64,000 bases of DNA from Candidatus Hadarchaeales archaeon (GTDB taxonomy: Archaea > Hadarchaeota > Hadarchaeia > Hadarchaeales > WYZ-LMO6). The notes beneath the pieces were generated by a model. The model had not been told where the DNA came from. It was given only the letters and a program-made list of their open reading frames with translations, and ran no database searches. This document shows positions 57,203 through 64,000 of this stretch, piece after piece (position 1 is the stretch's first letter; each line of letters starts with the position of its first letter). The position numbers were made by a program, and so were the translations under genes. The stretch lies in the NCBI GenBank assembly GCA_038851755.1, contig JAWCKR010000006.1, positions 2,216 to 66,215 on the forward strand, given 5' to 3'.

Positions 57203-58231
57203 GTGAGGCTGGTCTTCTTCCTCTCCGGGGAGCATCCGCAGCTCCCCAGGGCGGAGGTCCTGGGGGCCCTGCAGGCGGAGGGAGCCTCAGCCAGGGTGCT
57301 GGAGGAGTTCGAGCAGGTGCTGGTGGTGGAGACGGAGGCCGACCCGGTTAAAGTGGCTTCCAGGCTCGGGATGTCGCACGAAGTGTGGATGCATCTCTGC
57401 ACCTCGAGGGTGGAGGAGCTTCTGGAGGCGGTGGCGAGCACCGACGTGGTTGACCTGATGCCCCACGGCAGGACCTTCGCGGTGAGGGTGGAGCGCGTGG
57501 GGAGGTCCTCTCCGCTGGTGAGCAGGGAAAAGCTTTCGAAGGAGGTGGCCGACCTGCTGAGGAGGGAGGTGGGGTTCAAAGTGGATCTGGAGAGACCGGA
57601 GGTGGAGCTCTCCATAGCGCTCACGGGGGAGGTGGGGGTGGTGGGGATGAAGCTGGCCTCCACCGCCAGGAACCAGCTGATGAGCCGGAGGCCCAGGCAC
57701 CGCAGGGCCTTCCACCCCAGCACGCTTCACCCCGCCCTTGCCAGGTGTATGGTGAACCTCGCCAGGGCACCCAGGGGGGGAACCCTCCTGGACCCCTTCT
57801 GCGGGGTGGGAGGCATCCTCATAGAGGCTGGGCTGATGGGGATGAGGGTGGTGGGTGTGGATTTGGACCCGGAGATGGTGGAAAAGGCCAGGATGAACCT
57901 GGAGGGCTACGGGGTGAGGGGGTTCAGGTTGGAAGTGGGAGACGCCTGCGAGTGGAAGGGGAAAAAGGTGGATGCCGTGGCCACCGACCCCCCCTACGGG
58001 AGGCAGGCCAGCACCTGGAGGAGGGGAGTGAAGGAGCTGTACCGCAGGGCCCTCCCCGTGCTAGCGGGGGCGCTGAAGAGAGGAAGGTACATGTGTCTGA
58101 CCTCCCCCTCCGAGCTGGACCTGGGTGAGATGGCGGCGGAGATCGGGCTGAAGGAAAGGGAGAGGTACGAGCAGAGGGTCCACCGGAGCCTCACCAGGAG
58201 GATCTACGTCTTCGGGGGGTTGAGAGGATGA
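57203..58231 (+). CDS. tRNA (guanine-10, N2) methyltransferase Trm11/TrmG10
   Basis: LSGEHP, THUMP domain, DPFCG.GG, TDPPYG and VHRSLTR motifs. Confidence 0.88.
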   Translation: MRLVFFLSGEHPQLPRAEVLGALQAEGASARVLEEFEQVLVVETEADPVKVASRLGMSHEVWMHLCTSRVEELLEAVASTDVVDLMPHGRTFAVRVERVGRSSPLVSREKLSKEVADLLRREVGFKVDLERPEVELSIALTGEVGVVGMKLASTARNQLMSRRPRHRRAFHPSTLHPALARCMVNLARAPRGGTLLDPFCGVGGILIEAGLMGMRVVGVDLDPEMVEKARMNLEGYGVRGFRLEVGDACEWKGKKVDAVATDPPYGRQASTWRRGVKELYRRALPVLAGALKRGRYMCLTSPSELDLGEMAAEIGLKERERYEQRVHRSLTRRIYVFGGLRG

Positions 58232-59148
58232 ACCTCACCCTGACCTTTCTTGGGACGGGCGGGAGCATCCCCTCCCCCTCCAGGGCCCTCCCCTCCCTCG
58301 CCGTCAGGAGGGGTGGGGAGCTCCTCCTCTTCGACTGCGGGGAGGGCACGCAGGCACAGATGGTGAGGGCTGGCCTCAGCCCCCTGAAGGTGGATGCCGT
58401 GTTCATCTCCCACCTCCACGGCGATCACTTCCTGGGGCTGGCTGGGCTGGTGCAGACGATGTCGCTCTTCGGGAGGACCCGCCCCCTTGAGGTTTACGTC
58501 CCCGAGGGGGAGGAGGAGAGAATAGAGACCCTCGTAGGGCTACCCCACTACACCCTCGAGTTCGAGGTGAGGGTGAGGGGGCTCAAGGGTGGGGAAAGGT
58601 TGGAGAGGAACGGTTATCGTCTCTCCACCTCTCCGACCAGGCACGGGGTGGCTGGTCTGGCCTTCTCCCTGGAGGAGTTCCCCAGGCCAGGAAGGCTCGA
58701 CCCGGAGAAGGCGGTGGCGCTGGGGGTGACCCCTGGTCCGGCTTTTTCCTTCCTGAAGGCGGGGAAGTCGGTGGCCCTTCCCGGGGGAAGGGAGATCAAA
58801 CCGGAGGAGGTGCTGGGTCCACCTCTCCCCGGGAGGAAGGTGGTGTACGCGGTGGACACCAGACCCTCGGAGCAGACGGTGGCCCTCGCCAGCGGTGCGG
58901 ACGTGCTCGTTCACGATTCCATGTTCGGGGAGGAACTCCTGGAGAGGGCGAGGGAGGGAGGACACTCCACCTCCTCCGAGGCCGCCTGGGTGGCCAGGGA
59001 GGCGGGGGTGAAGCTGCTGGTCCTCACTCACCTGAGTCCCAGGTACAGGGAGGCCTCGGTCCTCCTGGAGCAGGCCAGGAGGGTCTTTCCCAACACGGTG
59101 GTGGCGGAGGACCTGATGGTGCTGGAGGTCCCCCTCGCGGGGAGTTAG
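58228..59148 (+). CDS. rnz: Ribonuclease Z
   Basis: FLGTG, DCGEG, HLHGDH, GVTPGP exosite, HST and THLSPRY motifs. Confidence 0.95.
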   Translation: MNLTLTFLGTGGSIPSPSRALPSLAVRRGGELLLFDCGEGTQAQMVRAGLSPLKVDAVFISHLHGDHFLGLAGLVQTMSLFGRTRPLEVYVPEGEEERIETLVGLPHYTLEFEVRVRGLKGGERLERNGYRLSTSPTRHGVAGLAFSLEEFPRPGRLDPEKAVALGVTPGPAFSFLKAGKSVALPGGREIKPEEVLGPPLPGRKVVYAVDTRPSEQTVALASGADVLVHDSMFGEELLERAREGGHSTSSEAAWVAREAGVKLLVLTHLSPRYREASVLLEQARRVFPNTVVAEDLMVLEVPLAGS

Positions 59149-59541
59149 ATGCCTCCACGCGGGCGCGCCTGGTTCCTGCTTTTATGGTTTCTCCCCGTGG
59201 TGGACCTCTTCGCCATGGGGAGGATCTTGGGCTACTACGCGGGGAGGGGGGTGCGGGTTCCACGCTCCCACGCCAGGCTGGCCATGGTGGAGCGATGGGT
59301 GGGCTACCTGCCTGCAGGCTTCCTGGTGGGCAGGTGGCTGGGTCCCCTCGGGGCCCTCTCCCTCTTCCTTCTAGGCATGCTCCTGGCCGGTCCCCTGGAG
59401 GTCCTCCTGATGTGGAAGGGAAGGGGCCCGTGGCGCTTCCTGCGGGGGAGGGGAGGAAGGCTCCTGGTCTGGATCTTCCTGCTGGAGGGCTACAACGCCC
59501 TGGGATACTTCGCAGTGGGTATCCTGCTGGGTATCCTCTAG
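59149..59541 (+). CDS. Hypothetical membrane protein
   Basis: Abuts the rnz stop; several hydrophobic segments. Confidence 0.55.
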   Translation: MPPRGRAWFLLLWFLPVVDLFAMGRILGYYAGRGVRVPRSHARLAMVERWVGYLPAGFLVGRWLGPLGALSLFLLGMLLAGPLEVLLMWKGRGPWRFLRGRGGRLLVWIFLLEGYNALGYFAVGILLGIL

Positions 59542-59963
59542 GCCCCCTTCCTCACCTCTTCCAGGGAGACCTCCCTCAGGGCCCTGCCTTCCTTCGTCCT
59601 GGGGGCGAGATAATCGAGCACCAGTTCCGTGTCCTTTGTCTCTATGAGTACCCTGATGGGTCCCAGGGGCGCCTCCCCCTCCGTGAAGCTGACCTTCCCC
59701 ACGAAGGCTGCCTGCTTGTTGAGCCAGAACTCCAGCCTTCCCTCCCCCCTCCCCTTCAGGAGGCAGTTCCTGGAGGAGTCCCTGATGGCCTGGAGGCGAA
59801 GGAGGTCCCTGAGATGGGAGAGCACCCCGGGGTCCTCTGAGCCCCCCCTCACCTTTCCTTCCACCCTCTCCAGCGGGAGGGAGGGGAAGAGGTTCCTCAC
59901 CGCCCTCTCCACCTTGGAGGGGTCCTCGCTGGGTTTCACCTCAGCCTCCACCCAAACCCTCAT
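59538..59963 (-). CDS. UPF0201/DUF54 RNA-binding protein
   Basis: PSEDPSKV..NLFP, LNKQAAFVG and LGPI motifs. Confidence 0.85.
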   Translation of the reverse strand: MRVWVEAEVKPSEDPSKVERAVRNLFPSLPLERVEGKVRGGSEDPGVLSHLRDLLRLQAIRDSSRNCLLKGRGEGRLEFWLNKQAAFVGKVSFTEGEAPLGPIRVLIETKDTELVLDYLAPRTKEGRALREVSLEEVRKGA

Positions 59964-60513
59964 CCCTCAGCAGCCCCCTGAAGAGCTCCTCGGCCTTCCC
60001 CTTGAGCTCCTCCAGCGTGCCCTCGTTGACGAGGAGGCGGTCGGCGAGGGCCAAGGCGTTGCCCGCCCCCCACTCCAGCTCCCTCCTCTCCTTCTGCAGG
60101 AAGCGCTCGTAGTCCCCCGCATCGTCCTCCCTCCTCCTAGAGCAAACCCTGGAGTACCTGAGGGAGGGACTGGACCAGACTCCCACCACCACCAGGTCCT
60201 TCCCGAAGGCCCTCCTGAACTCCTCCACCTCCTCCACCGAGCGGATTCCGTCCACCACCACCACGCCCCTCTCCCTCACCCTCTCCCTTATGAGGGGGAG
60301 GCACATCCGGGCCACCACCCCCCTTCCCCCTTCCTCCCTCAATCTGCTGGCCACCTTTCCCACGTTCTCCTCGTTCACCTCCAGGCCCAGCTTCCTGGTC
60401 TCGGCGATTACCACCTCACCCATGCGGAGGCAGGGGATGCCCAGGGAGAGGGCCACCTTCGCCACCTCCGTCTTCCCCGCGCCCTGGAGCCCCACCAGCC
60501 CCACCACCTTCAA
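59941..60513 (-). CDS. UPF0200 P-loop kinase (dephospho-CoA kinase-like)
   Basis: GLQGAGKT, MGEV, VDGIRS and RELEWG motifs. Confidence 0.85.
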   Translation of the reverse strand: MKVVGLVGLQGAGKTEVAKVALSLGIPCLRMGEVVIAETRKLGLEVNEENVGKVASRLREEGGRGVVARMCLPLIRERVRERGVVVVDGIRSVEEVEEFRRAFGKDLVVVGVWSSPSLRYSRVCSRRREDDAGDYERFLQKERRELEWGAGNALALADRLLVNEGTLEELKGKAEELFRGLLRDEGLGGG

Positions 60514-60525
60514 GCAGCCACCGTC

Positions 60526-60837
60526 CTACGCGGCCGCCGGGGTCCCCTGGGTCTTCTCTCCTTCCGGAAGAGGGGAGATCGTCACCTCGTCCTTGTGTTT
60601 GAGCTTCGTGTGAATGCCCAGGATGCGCCTCACCGGCCTGTTGTTGAGCAACACCTGATAGTGGTCGCTGAGCTCCCCCGTGGTGGGATCAAGCACGCTC
60701 TCCACCACCCTCGGGTGCCTTCTCCCCAGTTTCATCAGGAGGGAGTCCAGGGTTTCCTCGTTATCTATGGGGACCCTCACGCTCCCAGTCCCGGCTCTCT
60801 TGCCCAGGTCCCCCTGGAGGGTAACCATCACATACAT
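60526..60837 (-). CDS. MoaD/ThiS/SAMP-like beta-grasp protein lacking C-terminal GG
   Basis: VLLNNR..TKLKHKDEVTISP ubiquitin-fold pattern. Confidence 0.7.
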   Translation of the reverse strand: MYVMVTLQGDLGKRAGTGSVRVPIDNEETLDSLLMKLGRRHPRVVESVLDPTTGELSDHYQVLLNNRPVRRILGIHTKLKHKDEVTISPLPEGEKTQGTPAAA

Positions 60838-60985
60838 CCGGTCGCCGACGATCTTTGGACGTTTCTTCGTCTAGACACTCCCTCTGGTTTTTATACAGGT
60901 GAGAGTATTCCCCGCGCCATAAAAACTTTTCACGCCACCCTTCCCCCAAAGCCTATATTTGGGCTCAGGCAAAAAAGTTGTTTAC

Positions 60986-62155
60986 ATGAAGGTCGTGCTG
61001 GGGTTCAGCGGTGGGCTCGACACCTGTGCCTGCCTGAGGCTCCTCCAGGAGAAGTACGATGCGGAAGTCATCACCGTCATCGTGGATGTGGGGCAGAGAC
61101 CCGAGCTCTTCAAGGTGGCTGAGGAGAGGGCGAAGAAGCTGGGGGCGGTGAAGCACGTGTACATCGACGCCAAGGAGGAGTTCGTGAGGGAATACGTCTT
61201 CCGGAGCGTGAAGGCCAACGGATGCTACGAGGGCTATCCCCTCTCCATCTCCCTGGCCAGATATCCCACCGCCAGCTGGCTGGCCAGGATAGCCCTCCAG
61301 GAGGGAGCGGAGGCGGTGGCTCACGGCTGCACCGGGAAGGGTAACGATCAGTTCAGGTTCGACCTGACCCTCTCCGCTCAGGCGCCCGGCTTGCGCATCA
61401 TCGCCCCCGTCAGGGAACTCAACCTGACGAGGGAGGTGGAGGTGGAGTACCTGGGGAAGTGCGGTCTCTCCTTTCCCTCCGCACCCTACAGCGTGGACGA
61501 GAACCTCTGGGGAAGGTCCATTGAGGGGAGGGAGCTGGAGGATCCCTTCAGGTCCCCCCCCGAGGAGGCCTTCCAGCTCACCCAGAACCCCGCCAAGGCC
61601 CCCAGGGAAGCCACCCTGATCACCCTAGGCTTCGAGGAGGGGGTCCCCGTTACCTTGAACGGTGAGCGCATGGGAGGGGTGAAGCTGATAGGAGAGCTCA
61701 ACCGGCTGGCGGGTACCTACGGGATAGGGAGGATAGACGTGATGGAGGACAGGATACTGGGCCTGAAGGTGAGGGAGGTCTACGAAGCCCCAGCCGCCAC
61801 GGTGATCTTGGAGGCCCACAAGGCACTGGAGGCCCTTGTCTTGACCCGAGAGGAGCTGGTGGTCAAGGAAAGAATAGACCACAAGTGGAGCGAGATGGTC
61901 TACGGTGGAAGGTGGTTTGATCCCCTCAGGGAGGATCTGGAGGCCTTCATAGAGGCTACCCAGCGCAGGGTCACGGGAGAGGTGAAGGTGGAACTCCTTC
62001 CGGGAAAAGCGCAGGTGGTGGGGAGGTCGTCACCGCACTCCCTCTACGAGAAGGAAATCGTGTCCTTCCACCTGCAGGGCTTCGACCAGAGGATGGCAGC
62101 CTCCGTCACCAAGTTCCACGGTCTGGACGGAAGGGTTAGGGGGATGAAGGGATGA
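60986..62155 (+). CDS. argG: Argininosuccinate synthase (paralogue 2)
   Basis: FSGGLDT, HGCTGKGNDQFRF, YSVDENLWGRSIEG and KVREVYE motifs; operon with argC and argJ. Confidence 0.9.
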   Translation: MKVVLGFSGGLDTCACLRLLQEKYDAEVITVIVDVGQRPELFKVAEERAKKLGAVKHVYIDAKEEFVREYVFRSVKANGCYEGYPLSISLARYPTASWLARIALQEGAEAVAHGCTGKGNDQFRFDLTLSAQAPGLRIIAPVRELNLTREVEVEYLGKCGLSFPSAPYSVDENLWGRSIEGRELEDPFRSPPEEAFQLTQNPAKAPREATLITLGFEEGVPVTLNGERMGGVKLIGELNRLAGTYGIGRIDVMEDRILGLKVREVYEAPAATVILEAHKALEALVLTREELVVKERIDHKWSEMVYGGRWFDPLREDLEAFIEATQRRVTGEVKVELLPGKAQVVGRSSPHSLYEKEIVSFHLQGFDQRMAASVTKFHGLDGRVRGMKG

Positions 62156-63180
62156 TCCGCGTCTCGCTGGTGGGGGTGGCGGGCTACACGGGCGGAGAAC
62201 TCCTCAGGCTTCTCCTGAGACATCCCGAGGTGGAGATAGTGGGGGTTTTCGGGGACGAGCACGTCGGGTCACGCCTCGTGGATCTGCATCCCCACCTCTC
62301 AGGGGTGGTGGGGGAGAGGAGGGTGGAGAAGCCGGACTATGACAGACTGGGCTCCGAGTCCGACCTGGTCTTCATGGCCACGCCCAACGGCGTGGCGATG
62401 AGGGTGGTCCCTCAGCTTCTGAAAGGAGGGGCCAAGGTGGTGGACCTCAGTGCCGACTACAGGTTCGAGGACGTGAGGGTCTACGAGAAATACTACACCA
62501 AGCACGAGAGCCCTATGGTGAAGGGGGTCTACGGGCTCCCCGAACTTCACAGGGGGGAGATAAGGAAAGCTGACCTGATCGCCAACCCGGGTTGCTACCC
62601 CACCGCGGCCATCCTGGCCCTGGCCCCCCTGGTGAAGGGTGGGCTGGTGGAGCTCGACCGCCTGGTGGTGGATGCCATCAGTGGCACCTCTGGGGCGGGG
62701 AGGGGCCTCAGGGAGAACCTCCACCACCCAGTCTGTGGAGAGAATGTCAGCGCTTACTCCGTCACCAGACACCGCCACCTTCCGGAGATAAGGCAGGAGC
62801 TGGAGAGGCTGGCGGGAGGGAGGGTGGGTGTGTGCTTCACCCCCCACCTGGCCCCCGTGGTCAGGGGAATCCTCTGCACGGCCCACGCCTTCCTCAAGGA
62901 GAAGAGCTCCAAGAAGGAACTGCTGGAGTCCTATAGGGAGTTTTACTCCGGGGAGCCCTTCGTGAGGGTGGTGGAGGGTCTTCCGGAGCTCAACTACGTG
63001 GTAGGCTCCAACTACTGCGACATAGGCCTGGAGGTCTCGGAGGAGGGGAGGTGGGTGGTGGTGGTCTCCGCCATCGACAACCTCTTGAAGGGGGGCTCAG
63101 GCCAGGCCATCCAGAACATGAACCTGAGGTTCGGGATGGAGGAGACGAAGGGGCTGGAGGCCCTCCCCATGCGCCCGTGA
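62152..63180 (+). CDS. argC: N-acetyl-gamma-glutamyl-phosphate reductase
   Basis: GYTGGEL, DLSADYR, ANPGCYPT and IDNLLKG motifs. Confidence 0.93.
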   Translation: MIRVSLVGVAGYTGGELLRLLLRHPEVEIVGVFGDEHVGSRLVDLHPHLSGVVGERRVEKPDYDRLGSESDLVFMATPNGVAMRVVPQLLKGGAKVVDLSADYRFEDVRVYEKYYTKHESPMVKGVYGLPELHRGEIRKADLIANPGCYPTAAILALAPLVKGGLVELDRLVVDAISGTSGAGRGLRENLHHPVCGENVSAYSVTRHRHLPEIRQELERLAGGRVGVCFTPHLAPVVRGILCTAHAFLKEKSSKKELLESYREFYSGEPFVRVVEGLPELNYVVGSNYCDIGLEVSEEGRWVVVVSAIDNLLKGGSGQAIQNMNLRFGMEETKGLEALPMRP

Positions 63181-63184
63181 GAGG

Positions 63185-64000
63185 ATGGAACTGAAGAGGC
63201 TGAAGGGCGGAGTCACGGAGCCGGAGGGTTTTCTGGCGGCGGGAGTGAGGGCGGGCGTGCGCTCCAAGGGCCTGGACCTCGCCCTCCTGAGCTGCGAGGG
63301 AGGTCCCGTTCCCTCCGCAGGCGCCTTCACCACCAGCGCCGCCAGGGCCGCGCCCGTCATCCTCACCATGAAGCATCTGCGCAGGGAGCGTAGGTTAGGG
63401 GCGATCGTGGCGAACTCAGGCTGTGCCAACTCCTTCACGGGGGAGAGGGGCCTGAGGGACGCGGCCAGGATGGCGGAGCTGACGGCGGAGCTTCTGGGAC
63501 TCAAGACCCACCATGTGGGCGTGGCCTCCACCGGTATGATAGGGACCTACCTGCCCATGGAAAAGGTGGAGGCAGGGATAAGGGAAGCCGTGGCCAGACT
63601 CTCACCCTCCAGAGAGGCCTCCCGCCTGGCGGCGCAAGCCATCCTCACCACCGACCGTTCCCCCAAGGAGGTGGCCGTGCGCGTGGAAACGGAGGAAGGC
63701 GTGCCCATAACCATAGCGGGGATGGCCAAGGGGGCGGGCATGATACGTCCTAGGTTGAGGACGGCCACCATGCTGGTCTTTCTTACCACCGACGCCAAGG
63801 TGGACCCCCTCTTCCTCCGATCCTCCCTCCAGACCTCGGTGGACAGGAGTCTGAACATGATCACGGTGGACAACGACACCAGCACCAACGACATGGTCCT
63901 AATGATGGCGAGCGGGAAGGCGGGGAACGAAGAACTGAAGGGAGACCGGAGGTTCCAGCAGGGTCTGGACTTCGTTCTCACGGAACTGGCCAAGATGATC
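63185..64000 (+). CDS. argJ: Ornithine acetyltransferase ArgJ, 3' truncated by the window (not in the ORF track)
   Basis: Translated by hand: GGVTEPEGF, NSGCAN, STGMIG, ILTTD, MAKGAGMI..ATML and DTSTND motifs. Confidence 0.92.
   Translation, partial: MELKRLKGGVTEPEGFLAAGVRAGVRSKGLDLALLSCEGGPVPSAGAFTTSAARAAPVILTMKHLRRERRLGAIVANSGCANSFTGERGLRDAARMAELTAELLGLKTHHVGVASTGMIGTYLPMEKVEAGIREAVARLSPSREASRLAAQAILTTDRSPKEVAVRVETEEGVPITIAGMAKGAGMIRPRLRTATMLVFLTTDAKVDPLFLRSSLQTSVDRSLNMITVDNDTSTNDMVLMMASGKAGNEELKGDRRFQQGLDFVLTELAKMI

Overview
64 kb of a GC-rich archaeal chromosome, probably from a thermophile (strong AGG/GAG codon bias; archaeal exosome/proteasome superoperon, aIF-2beta, KEOPS and RPA genes). 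A Hadarchaeota-like euryarchaeal lineage is only a guess. Most of the window is housekeeping: ilv/leu/arg/ser/pur biosynthesis, beta-oxidation enzymes, FeoB with DtxR, CooC/NikR and three tRNAs. The main accessory locus (28389-30469) is a compact stand-alone type V-F CRISPR system. It has a 565-aa Cas12f2/Cas14b-like nuclease with an intact RuvC triad, a multi-stem tracrRNA that begins inside the ORF and pairs with the repeat at two sites, and a two-repeat mini-array with a 71-nt spacer. No cas1/cas2/cas4 lies nearby. Other points of interest are a tRNA-Glu with an intron inside the anticodon, a C/D-box/K-turn RNA between two tRNAs, a DUF6114/DUF6230-like membrane operon, two divergent argG paralogues, a shortened eL15 and a probable CTG start for leuC. 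All calls come from reading motifs by eye; no database searches were run.
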